Shown: positions 19,015 through 27,247 of the stretch, in pieces
Layout: the number at the start of each line of letters is the position of its first letter
Position numbering within the stretch: position 1 is the first letter of the stretch
UHGV virus genome: UHGV-1455077
Strand: one strand, 5' to 3'
Source of the DNA: a virus
Length of the DNA stretch: 64,000 bases
Made by a program: the position numbers and the translations under genes
The notes under the pieces: model-generated
Database searches by the model: none
What the model was told of the DNA's origin: nothing
What the model saw: the letters and a program-made list of their open reading frames with translations, nothing else

Positions 19015-19680
19015 ATGTATTACCTAATTTATAAAATAACTAATAATGTAAATAATAAAATCTATATTGGAAAACATCAAACGGAAAATAAAGATGATGA
19101 TTATATGGGTTCTGGAAAAATAATAAAAAGAGCTATTGAAAAATATGGTATAGATAAATTTACAAAAGAAATATTATATGAATGTAATTCATTAGAAGAA
19201 ATGAATGAAAAAGAAGCAGAAATTGTTGATGAAGAATTTGTTGTTCGTTTAGATACATATAATATTAAATTAGGTGGTCAAGGTGGATGGGATTATGTCC
19301 ATAAATATACTGATTGGAATGGATTTAAATATATAAATTCACAAAAGTTAAATAATAAATCGAATCAGTATAAAATATCTGCTGAAAAACTTAAAAATGA
19401 TGAAAAATATGCAAAAGAATTTTCTTTAAAAATTTCTAATGGATTAAAATTATATTACCAATTACATAATAATCCATTTAAAGGGAAAAAACATACAATT
19501 GAATCAAAAATAAAAATTGGTAAAGCAAATGCTATTAAACAAGCTGGTGAAGGAAATTCCAATTATGGAAAATGTTGGATTTATAATGAAGAATTAAAAG
19601 AAAATAAATCTATTAAAAAAGAAAATTTACAATCTTGGTTAGAGAAAGGTTGGAAAAAAGGGAGAAAAATGAAATTTTAA
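19015..19680 (+). CDS. GIY-YIG homing endonuclease (Seg/I-TevI-like)
   Basis: N-terminal YYLIYKITNNVNNKIYIGKH GIY-YIG motif with conserved Arg, Glu and Asn downstream. Confidence 0.75.
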   Translation: MYYLIYKITNNVNNKIYIGKHQTENKDDDYMGSGKIIKRAIEKYGIDKFTKEILYECNSLEEMNEKEAEIVDEEFVVRLDTYNIKLGGQGGWDYVHKYTDWNGFKYINSQKLNNKSNQYKISAEKLKNDEKYAKEFSLKISNGLKLYYQLHNNPFKGKKHTIESKIKIGKANAIKQAGEGNSNYGKCWIYNEELKENKSIKKENLQSWLEKGWKKGRKMKF

Positions 19681-19811
19681 ATTATTTATATAATTTAATT
19701 TTTTACTGGTAGGTACGAAGATAGCTCAAATACCTCGTTAAACTAAATAGTCGTGCTATCCGCAAACCTTTAGGAAGTAAATGGCGTTATAAGTAACTTC
19801 CTGTTTATAAT

Positions 19812-19886
19812 GGCAATGTAGTGAAAAGGTTATCACGACTGACTCATATTCAGTAATTTCAAGTTCGATTCTTGACATTGCTACCA
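19812..19886 (+). tRNA. tRNA-Met/fMet/Ile2(CAT), second CAT-anticodon tRNA, CCA encoded
   Basis: Acceptor GGCAATG/CATTGCT; D-arm GTGAAAAGGTTATCAC; anticodon arm ACTGA-CTCATAT-TCAGT; T-arm TCAAG-TTCGATT-CTTGA. Confidence 0.65.
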
Positions 19887-19916
19887 TTCATTATTAACTT
19901 GTGGGATATTAATTTA

Positions 19917-21080
19917 ATGACAAATTACATTATAAATAATAATATCGTCAGAATTTTTGGCGAAGATGAAATCAATATTAAACCAGAAATTCCATTAGGA
20001 ACATATTTGGTTAAAGAAAATGAATTAACAGGTGAATTGTTTTTAGAAAGAACAGCAGATTTTGTAAAGCCTGAAAAAATATATGGAGAATGTGAATTCC
20101 AATCTGAACGAATTATTAAAACATTTAAAGACAGACCTAATAATACTGGAGTTCTTTTAAATGGTGCAAAAGGTTCAGGAAAAACATTTTTAACTAAGTA
20201 TATTTCCTATAAGCTTTTAAAAGATAATTATCCAACAATAATTATTAATGATATATTTAGTCCAACAAAGTTATCTTTATTAATTCAAACAATTAGTGAA
20301 CCTTGTGTCATTATTTTTGATGAATTTGAAAAAATTTATCAATCAAATAAAAAAGATGATTTGCAAAACCCACAGAATGGTTTACTTTCATTGCTTGATG
20401 GTTTATTTCAAACTAAAAAGCTATTCATCTTTACTTGTAATGATGATAGTAATATTTCAGATTTGATGAAGAATAGACCTGGTAGAATTTTTTATAAATT
20501 GGAATTTAAAGGAATTACTGAAAAAACAATTGAAGAATATTGTGAAGAAAAATTAAATAATAAATCATATATTTCTCAAATTTTTAGTATTCGTAAAATG
20601 ATTAAAGATTTTACCTTTGATATTTTACAAGCAATTGTTGAAGAAGTTAATCGTTATAATGAAACTCCTTTAGATGTTGTTAAAATGCTTAATGTAACTC
20701 CAGAATCTTTATATGCAAAATATACTGTATCAATTAAGCCATTAAAGAATCAACAAATTGTAAAATTTGAAAAATCTTTATGGGTAAATCCATTATCTTC
20801 AGAAGAAGAATCAGTATGGATTTATAGAACTAAAACATCAAATGCAGATGATAATAAATATGTTGTTGAAGACGAGGATATTAAAATTTGTGAGCTTAGT
20901 TGTGAAACTGATGATGATGAAGATAATAATGTTAAAACAGTTACTGATTATTTTCCAGTATCATTGCTTACAATGGTATCATCTAACAAAAATACTTATG
21001 TGTATCAGAATGAAGAATATCAGGTTACTTTAACTAAAAAGATTATTGATACTGATGATATGTGGAAGTATGCATTTTAA
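19917..21080 (+). CDS. AAA+ family ATPase. Start moved to MTNYII, downstream of the tRNA
   Basis: Walker A GAKGSGKT, Walker B IIFDEFE, sensor RPGRIF. The listed ORF start at 19872 overlaps the tRNA. Confidence 0.6.
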   Translation: MTNYIINNNIVRIFGEDEINIKPEIPLGTYLVKENELTGELFLERTADFVKPEKIYGECEFQSERIIKTFKDRPNNTGVLLNGAKGSGKTFLTKYISYKLLKDNYPTIIINDIFSPTKLSLLIQTISEPCVIIFDEFEKIYQSNKKDDLQNPQNGLLSLLDGLFQTKKLFIFTCNDDSNISDLMKNRPGRIFYKLEFKGITEKTIEEYCEEKLNNKSYISQIFSIRKMIKDFTFDILQAIVEEVNRYNETPLDVVKMLNVTPESLYAKYTVSIKPLKNQQIVKFEKSLWVNPLSSEEESVWIYRTKTSNADDNKYVVEDEDIKICELSCETDDDEDNNVKTVTDYFPVSLLTMVSSNKNTYVYQNEEYQVTLTKKIIDTDDMWKYAF

Positions 21081-21268
21081 AAAATTATTGACATATAAAA
21101 AATATTATGTTAATTGTTATAACAAAAGGGAAAATAAAAAACGCCCCTCTGTTAGAAATATATGAGTAGAAATAACAAGTCGTTAAGAAGATTCGCCTTA
21201 TCTAACAAGGTTAAAGAGTTTTTTCCTAAAGATGATTTAGGTTTGATGATAAATCAGTAAAAAATATA

Positions 21269-21297
21269 TTGACATATGTTAATTATTATGATATATT
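21269..21297 (+). promoter_or_regulatory. sigma70-like promoter TTGACA-17-TATATT
   Basis: Consensus hexamers; precedes the structured non-coding region. Confidence 0.45.
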
Positions 21298-21299
21298 TA

Positions 21300-21880
21300 A
21301 TTATATTTTAATTTTAAGTAATATATTAAAATCATTTAATAATTGGTTGGCAAGACCAATAGGATGCCTTTTTAAGGCAATGAAAGTAAAATCTTTCTTT
21401 TAATATATGAAGATAAATTATGTCGTGAATGATTTAGTCGGAGAGATAAGCGACTAAGATAAAATAAAAAAATCTCAAATTCCATAGACGTATGGACGGC
21501 ATAATAAATTAAATTGTTGTAACTCAAACAATGGGTAGCCTGCCCATAAGAGTATGCTGGATAATCTGAAAAGATTTGAAGGTAGTTGTGAGTAATACGA
21601 ATCATAAGGTTGAAATAGCCACGGTTGGCTAACCGTGAGTGACGTAAGAACCAGACAAATCGTACAGATGAATAGGTCTGATGGCTGTATCTGGTTGGGA
21701 GTAGTCATTCTCCCCATCCATTAAGCAAAGGAGTAATTAACCTTTGTGGGTGTGACTGAATAATGTGTCGTATGAGGGGCTTGTTGGTAGTCAGGAGTCC
21801 AACCAATAATTTAATTTTAACAGTTTGTGGCAGTCGTTCTGTTTAAAAACTCTGCCTTTTTAAACAAACAGATAGTGATT
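21300..21880 (+). ncRNA. roughly 580-nt ORF-poor region with many stable hairpins; candidate large structured RNA of unassigned family
   Basis: Hairpins TAGTCGgagagataagCGACTA, ATGGGtagcctgCCCAT, CACGGTTggctAACCGTG, GGGAGtagtcattCTCCC, and CTGTTTAAAAA...TTTTTAAACAAACAG. GACTA and TAGTC elements could form a group-I-like P7 helix. Confidence 0.3.
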
Positions 21881-22095
21881 ATTAGATTTACATAGTTCGA
21901 TTCTATATTTTTTCATATAAAAAGGAAAAATGCCAAAAGGGTGGCGTTTACAATCTAATGAATTTTCTTCTGTTTATTTAAAAATTTTCGATAGTGAGTA
22001 TAAGATTTACATAGACCAGACTTTTAATCTGACATTTACAAAATCTTATAGATTGTTCTTCGAATTAATACTTTTTTGTGAATAGTGAGATATTA

Positions 22096-22170
22096 GGTTT
22101 ACATAGCTAAAGTGGTTAAAGCATTTGACTTGAAATCAAAGTATTGTAGGTTCGATTCCTACTGTAATTT
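22096..22170 (+). tRNA. tRNA-like, anticodon TGA (Ser codons) but type I (no long arm); one-nucleotide bulge in the 5' acceptor strand; preceded by the 25-nt motif
   Basis: GGTTTACA-TA-GCT...AGC-A-TTTGA-CTTGAAA-TCAAA-GTATT-GTAGG-TTCGATT-CCTAC-TGTAATT. Confidence 0.35.
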
Positions 22171-22244
22171 TAACTTAATAAAATGTTCTTTCACAAATTT
22201 AATTATTTGACACTTTATTATAAATGTTATATAAATAATAATAT

Positions 22245-22330
22245 GGAAGGTAACTGGCTGGATGAAGACACCGACTTGAAATCGGCTGGGCGTAACTGCT
22301 TTGGGGGTTCGAGTCCCTCACCTTCCGCCA
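22245..22330 (+). tRNA. tRNA-Ser(TGA), type II, CCA encoded
   Basis: Acceptor GGAAGGT/ACCTTCC; anticodon arm CCGA-CTTGAAA-TCGG; long variable arm; T-arm GGGGTTCGAGTCCCTC. Confidence 0.7.
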
Positions 22331-22337
22331 TTTTTAT

Positions 22338-23031
22338 TTGGTATTGTGGGATATGATAAAAGTAAGTAGAAAAGAATACGAAAATAATCCAGAAAAATAT
22401 ATTATATATTGTACAAAATGTAAAAAACCAATAATATTTAAAGATTATAGACATTATTGTGATAGAGTTAATAAAATTAATATTAGACATCATCAACCAT
22501 TTTGTTCAAAAGAATGCTCATATGAATATCATAGATTATTTACAAATAAAGGAATTTGTGATTTTTGTGGTAAAGAGTTTATTAGACAAAATGTTTATGG
22601 GGATAAAAGACAAAAACATACATTTTGTTCACAAAAATGTTCTGCAAAATATTTTAATAGTCATAAAAAATTTGGTTATAGAAAATCAAAAGCTGAAGAA
22701 TATATTGTAAGTCAATTAAAAAAAAGATTATCCGTATTTAAATATTAAAGAAAATGATGTATCAACAATAGGTAAAGAACTTGATATTTATTTACCAGAT
22801 TTAAATTTAGCATTTGAAATTAATGGTATAGTTCATTATAAACCTATATATGGAAAAGAAAAGTTAAATAAAATACAAAATAATGATTTTTTTAAAAAAG
22901 AATTATGTGAAAGTAAAAATATTTTATTGACAATAATTAATATAAGTGATATAAAAGTATTTAAAGAGAATTTAATTATAAATAAATATAATTACATTAA
23001 AGAAATTATAAGTAATACAATGCCACGATAG
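22338..23031 (+). pseudogene. frameshifted Zn-finger/Vsr-like endonuclease gene
   Basis: Frame 0 (22338-22748) encodes a Cys/His-rich domain. The +1 frame from an A-run at 22720 continues as ...GKELDIYLPDLNLAFEINGIVHY... (Vsr/PD-(D/E)xK-like) to 23031, ending inside tRNA-Thr. Confidence 0.4.
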
Positions 23032-23086
23032 CTCAACTGGCAGAGCAACCGATTTGTAATCGGTAGGTTGGGGATTCGACTTCCTC
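23011..23086 (+). tRNA. tRNA-Thr(TGT), CCA encoded
   Basis: Acceptor GCCACGA/TCGTGGC; D-arm GCTCAACTGGCAGAGC; anticodon arm ACCGA-TTTGTAA-TCGGT. Confidence 0.75.
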
Positions 23087-23323
23087 TCGTGGCACCAGAT
23101 TTTAATAAGCTCCCCCGCTAAAGATACTTTGTGTATACAGCGAATATGGGTCAAAGTTTAAACTTTGCATTAAATTATAATAATTGTACAATAAAAAATT
23201 ATGTGAGCATTTTTTAATTTTGTATGGTAATAGTGACTTAAAGAATTACATAGATAACTGATTATTGTCTGCCAAAACAAGAAATTCTTTAAAATTATTC
23301 TTTACCATTTAAACTATTTTAGC

Positions 23324-23455
23324 AATAGTGAGAAAAGGATTTACATAGGTTTGTAACCCGTTGGTAATTGGTTCGAATCCAATCAAGTAATTGAAATATA
23401 TTATTTGTAGCTCATTGGTAGAGCAACGATAAAAAATAATCCTTTATTATGTTCT
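23324..23455 (+). ncRNA. permuted or split tRNA-like unit 2 (paralog of unit 1 at 13390-13520)
   Basis: 25-nt motif, then T-arm ATTGG-TTCGAAT-CCAAT, then 3' acceptor CAAGTAA. Ten nt later 5' acceptor TTATTTG pairs 7/7, followed by TA, D-arm GCTCATTGGTAGAGC and a conserved hairpin ATAAT...TTAT-GTTC. Confidence 0.4.
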
Positions 23456-23489
23456 TTGCTAACAAATATTTGGTGATAGTGATTAATTA

Positions 23490-23563
23490 GGTTTACATAG
23501 CTTAATGGTTAGAGCATTGATTTAACACATCAAACGTTACAGGTTCAACTCCTGTTGTAATTA
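23490..23563 (+). tRNA. tRNA-like, anticodon AAC, bulged 5' acceptor strand; preceded by the 25-nt motif
   Basis: GGTTTACA-TA-GCTT-AATGGTTA-GAGC...TTGAT-TTAACAC-ATCAA...ACAGG-TTCAACT-CCTGT-TGTAATT. Confidence 0.3.
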
Positions 23564-23643
23564 ATACCTAATTTACTATTCTTCACCAGTTCAATTTTGC
23601 ACCCAAGAACATATGTTCTTGGGTATTTTTTTATATAAGTTAT

Positions 23644-23672
23644 TGACAAATCATCTATAAATGAAGTATATT
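23644..23672 (+). promoter_or_regulatory. sigma70-like promoter TTGACA-17-TATATT
   Basis: Upstream of ORF 23699. Confidence 0.45.
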
Positions 23673-23698
23673 AATAAAAAACGTAAAAAGAGGTAAAA

Positions 23699-23998
23699 AT
23701 GAGCTATATTACAAATGAAGATGAACATCAACATATGACATTGTTTGTCTATTTTCCTTGTTCATTAGGTTATGAATGTGCAAAAATTATATTGCAACCT
23801 GGTGAGAAATTTTTTGCTAATGATGATGAAATTATTATGAAAATAGATAATAATAAAAATCCATTAAATAAAGATTTTGTAGGAATTAAAAACGGTGTTT
23901 TATATGCTGTTGGTCAAGAAATATATAAATTAGGAATGTTTAGAGAAAAACCTAAACAAATGACATTTGCCACGACAATGTTTAAATATACAGAATAA
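23699..23998 (+). CDS. hypothetical protein
   Basis: ORF, RBS aagaggtaaaaATG. Confidence 0.4.
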   Translation: MSYITNEDEHQHMTLFVYFPCSLGYECAKIILQPGEKFFANDDEIIMKIDNNKNPLNKDFVGIKNGVLYAVGQEIYKLGMFREKPKQMTFATTMFKYTE

Positions 23999-24022
23999 AT
24001 TAATTATAAGGATTAATAAATT

Positions 24023-24205
24023 ATGGATTATAATGAAGAATGGACTTTAGCTGATATTGATAATAATCACGATACACAGATGCTCAATGAATATTTTTCA
24101 CAAAAAAGTATTAAAGAAAGAATATTAGAAAATAAAGAAAAATATCGTGCAGAACAAATACTTAAAACTAAAATGATTAAAGAAAATTTAGGTCAAAAAA
24201 GATAA
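24023..24205 (+). CDS. hypothetical small protein
   Basis: ORF, RBS aaggattaataaattATG. Confidence 0.3.
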   Translation: MDYNEEWTLADIDNNHDTQMLNEYFSQKSIKERILENKEKYRAEQILKTKMIKENLGQKR

Positions 24206-24214
24206 AAAAAGTAG

Positions 24215-24243
24215 TTGACTAATAAAACTAAAAATGTTATAAA
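24215..24243 (+). promoter_or_regulatory. sigma70-like promoter TTGACT-17-TATAAA
   Basis: Upstream of the Ro60-like gene. Confidence 0.4.
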
Positions 24244-24277
24244 AACAATGTAAAATTAACTTATGGAGTGTTGAAAA

Positions 24278-25564
24278 ATGAAAACAAATAAAGCTGAAAA
24301 GAAACCAGCAATTTACACTAATGAAGGTGGTAAAGCATCTCATATTAGTGATTTAGAAGAATTGAAAAGAGCAACAATGTCTTGTTTGCTTTGGGAAGAT
24401 AACTTCTATGAAGATGGTGTATCAATTGCTGACAGAATTACCTCTTTAGTTAAAAATTGTATTGATAAAGGTCATTATGATGATGTAATTGATATTTTGA
24501 AAACTGTAAAATTTGATATGAGATTACGTCATTGTCCATTGTGGATGATTGTTGCAATTTATAAAGCAGGTAAAACTATTGATAAGAATGTTATTGCATC
24601 TATTCTTACAAGACCAGATGATATGGGAGAATTACTTTCTCTTTATCGTAAAGACCAAGCAAATGCACCTATTCCAAATGCTATGAAAAAAGCTATGGCT
24701 ATTGCCATTACTAAATTTGATGAATATCAATTGGCTAAATGGAATCGTGATGCTAATTACAAATTGGTTGATATTGTAAACATTTGTCATCCACAAGTAA
24801 CTGAAGCTATTGATAAGTTGGTTAAAGGAACTTTAGAAACTCCAAAAACTTGGGAAGTTCTTCTTTCTGCCGCTGGTTCTGATAAAGAAAAGAAAAAAGA
24901 AGCTTGGTTGGATTTGATTGAAACTAATAAATTACCTGATATGGCTCTTTTGAAGAATATTCGTGGTATGTTGGATGTAGGTGTTTCTAAAAACACATTG
25001 GTTGACCGTATTAATAATATTAAAAATGGTAGATTATTGCCAATTGATTATATTAGAGCGGCAAATACAAATCCATCATTGGAAAATGAAATTGAAAAGA
25101 AATTCTTAAATTGCTTTGAAAAACCTTCTTTGAATGGTAAGACTGCAATTTTAGTAGATGTGTCAGGTTCTATGGATGGAGAAAGATTAAATTATGCAAA
25201 TGCATTAGCGATGATTGGTCGTGAAATGTGTGAAAATGTTGATATTTACTCATTCTCTAATGAAGTCAAATTCATTCCAAATCGTAGAGGATTTGCTTTA
25301 GCAGAAGCTATTGATAAATCACAATACCATAATGGAACTTATATGTGGGATGCTATTAGTACAGTTGAAAAAGCTCATTACGATAGATTAATTGTTATTA
25401 CTGATGAGCAAACAATGGGTATGCCACACAACGCAGTTATTAAAAATGCATACATTATTAATGTTGCACCATATAATAAAGGTGTTGGTTACAATAATGG
25501 TTACAAACATATTAATGGTTTTTCAGATAAAGTATTTAATTATATTACTGAAATTGAAAAATAA
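24278..25564 (+). CDS. Ro60/Rsr-like protein: TROVE-like N-terminal region plus C-terminal von Willebrand A domain with MIDAS motif
   Basis: N-terminus NEGGKASHISDLEELKRATMSCLLWEDNFYEDG resembles the Ro60 TROVE start (N.dGGy...L.RfL.fGsEggtYY). vWA domain ILVDVSGSMDG with downstream T and D residues. Confidence 0.45.
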   Translation: MKTNKAEKKPAIYTNEGGKASHISDLEELKRATMSCLLWEDNFYEDGVSIADRITSLVKNCIDKGHYDDVIDILKTVKFDMRLRHCPLWMIVAIYKAGKTIDKNVIASILTRPDDMGELLSLYRKDQANAPIPNAMKKAMAIAITKFDEYQLAKWNRDANYKLVDIVNICHPQVTEAIDKLVKGTLETPKTWEVLLSAAGSDKEKKKEAWLDLIETNKLPDMALLKNIRGMLDVGVSKNTLVDRINNIKNGRLLPIDYIRAANTNPSLENEIEKKFLNCFEKPSLNGKTAILVDVSGSMDGERLNYANALAMIGREMCENVDIYSFSNEVKFIPNRRGFALAEAIDKSQYHNGTYMWDAISTVEKAHYDRLIVITDEQTMGMPHNAVIKNAYIINVAPYNKGVGYNNGYKHINGFSDKVFNYITEIEK

Positions 25565-25920
25565 TTAAATAAATATAATAAACAAACCCGATAGGCTTCT
25601 TATTTAATGAGTAGTATGGGTATATTGGTTAAAGTTAGACTTGCCCCCCTCTGCTACTCACATCAATAAATGCTTCTCGTTAGTCCACGAAGATTAACCG
25701 CCTAGATATTGATGAGTTTAAATACAGCACAATTATCTTTCTGGAATTGACCAGATAAGTTTATTAATATTCCTAGGTTCAATTAATAAATGGGTAGATT
25801 TATTTTTAACTTAATAAATTCCAATCAAAAAATTTAATTATAAGTATTAAAATATAAGTTGGAGTTTAGTGTTAATTAATTTAACAAGAAGGATTGATTT
25901 CTTTCTTGTTAAATTATTTT
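25565..25920 (+). ncRNA. 350-nt non-coding region downstream of the Ro60-like gene; candidate Y-RNA-like partner
   Basis: No ORF. Helix TGAGTAG...CTACTCA (25608/25648) and a terminal hairpin TTAACAAGAAggattgatttcTTTCTTGTTAA at 25881-25912 followed by a T-run. Confidence 0.25.
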
Positions 25921-25921
25921 T

Positions 25922-26158
25922 GTGAAAAAGGATATGAAAATGTTAAATTTGAAAAGTATTTTAAATGATAATATGAGAGTTAAATTTGATTTTTATCGTG
26001 ATGGTGCTTTATGGTATTCAACAATGAATGGGTTTCAATTTCCTGTTCCTGTGAGAACTTTAGCCGCAACATCAATATTAAAAGCTAATGATAAAGCAAC
26101 AGCATTCAGTTATTATATTAAAAAATACTATAATGAATTAAATAAAAATAAGGAATAA
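25922..26158 (+). CDS. hypothetical protein
   Basis: ORF. Confidence 0.35.
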   Translation: MKKDMKMLNLKSILNDNMRVKFDFYRDGALWYSTMNGFQFPVPVRTLAATSILKANDKATAFSYYIKKYYNELNKNKE

Positions 26159-26163
26159 TTTTT

Positions 26164-26583
26164 ATGAAAATGCAATTTTATGTTAGTACAAAAGAAATAA
26201 GTGAAAATAATTATTTGTATGGTGTAATGTCAATGATTAATGATGAACCATTTGATTTTATTGTTGGTCAAATGAATGGAGAAAAGGATGATATTATTAA
26301 TTTAATATCTAAAAATACATTGATAAAAAATAAAACAGTATTGAAAAATAATTATTATACTTTTAAATATGAGGATTTATATACAACAAAAAAAATGTTA
26401 TCAAAATTTCATACAGATGATTTTTATAAATCATATTCAAAAGAACAGCAAACTGATTTAGATGCTTTGCCAGCATTATTTCTTTCGGATACAACAAAAA
26501 TGATGCCATTAAATAAAAAGATGAATAATTATAAACAAATGCTTCAATATTATCAGATAACAAAAGAAAAAAATCGGAAATAA
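26164..26583 (+). CDS. hypothetical protein
   Basis: ORF. Confidence 0.4.
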   Translation: MKMQFYVSTKEISENNYLYGVMSMINDEPFDFIVGQMNGEKDDIINLISKNTLIKNKTVLKNNYYTFKYEDLYTTKKMLSKFHTDDFYKSYSKEQQTDLDALPALFLSDTTKMMPLNKKMNNYKQMLQYYQITKEKNRK

Positions 26584-26599
26584 AAAATCCGATTTTTTT
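26568..26599 (+). terminator. rho-independent terminator
   Basis: AAAATCGGAaataaaaaaTCCGATTTTTTT. Confidence 0.6.
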
Positions 26600-26600
26600 C

Positions 26601-26628
26601 TTGACAGTTAATTTTTTTATGTTATATT
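26601..26628 (+). promoter_or_regulatory. sigma70-like promoter plus conserved leader (related to the 9076/29070 cassette)
   Basis: TTGACAgttaatttttttatgTTATATTgaCCTTATC...AAAGGaatataacaATG. Confidence 0.45.
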
Positions 26629-26736
26629 GACCTTATCTTAAACAATTAAAGGAATATAACAATGATTTATCTTTTCTTTGCCTGCGTAATTTTTTTCATT
26701 ATTTTTAATGATTCTATTGGTTAATGGAGAAAAATT

Positions 26737-26976
26737 ATGAAATGGTACACACAACAAGATATGCCTTATGGAAAAGACCCAATTGTGATTAAAACAATTG
26801 ATAAACAAATATTTGTTGGTAATCATCAACATATCCATAATTCAAGTCTTAAGCATAAATTTAAGAATGAAGAACAATGGGTATTAACGACTAATCAAAA
26901 TAAAATTGAATGGTCAAAGGTTAAAGAATGGCATTATGTTCGTAAATTTATTGAAGTAATAGAAAGGAATTTTTAA
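26737..26976 (+). CDS. hypothetical protein
   Basis: ORF, RBS atggagaaaaattATG. Confidence 0.35.
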   Translation: MKWYTQQDMPYGKDPIVIKTIDKQIFVGNHQHIHNSSLKHKFKNEEQWVLTTNQNKIEWSKVKEWHYVRKFIEVIERNF

Positions 26977-26977
26977 A

Positions 26978-27247
26978 ATGTCAAATTATCTAATAATGGT
27001 CTATGGTTTTTCTCATTGGACTTGGATTTACGATTTTAAAAATAAAAAATGGGATAGATTTAATTGGTGTAATAAAAACGCTAATGAAAAATTTATTGAA
27101 GTTGTTAAAACTCATCATACTTTATTTTTTAATGCAACTGAAATGGAAGAAGCATATACAAAATTTGATGAAGATGAACTTGAATATATGGGTTTTGAAA
27201 ATCCTAATTGGAAAGATTTTGTAAAGGTTGTTAGTTATGTTTGTTAA
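26978..27247 (+). CDS. hypothetical protein
   Basis: ORF, RBS aaaggaatttttaaaATG. Confidence 0.35.
   Translation: MSNYLIMVYGFSHWTWIYDFKNKKWDRFNWCNKNANEKFIEVVKTHHTLFFNATEMEEAYTKFDEDELEYMGFENPNWKDFVKVVSYVC

Noticed and set aside
20842-21033. ORF 20842-21033(+) in an alternative frame of the AAA ATPase
   Set aside because: Nested inside the ATPase gene in another frame; Met/Ile/Leu/Lys-rich artefact.
21372-21717. ORFs 21372-21605(-) and 21475-21717(-)
   Set aside because: They lie in the hairpin-dense non-coding region, are antisense to the local transcription direction, have no RBS, and are better explained as part of a structured RNA.
22227-23154. ORFs 22227-22496(-), 22459-22710(+) and 22972-23154(-)
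   Set aside because: They overlap tRNA-Ser(TGA) or tRNA-Thr on the opposite strand, or sit in an alternative frame of the Zn-finger gene.
24787-24996. ORF 24787-24996(-) inside the Ro60-like gene, and other <=70-aa antisense ORFs (26363-26563, 26638-26838, 31225-31419, 33625-33810, 34312-34527, 34901-35116, 39623-39922, 46332-46559, 47267-47572, 52353-52607, 57549-57808, 58750-58932, 60057-60269, 61126-61431, 62820-63005)
   Set aside because: All are embedded antisense or out of frame within long, well-supported genes, and are compositionally biased (Ile/Leu/Phe/Asn/His-rich) as expected for AT-rich reverse frames.
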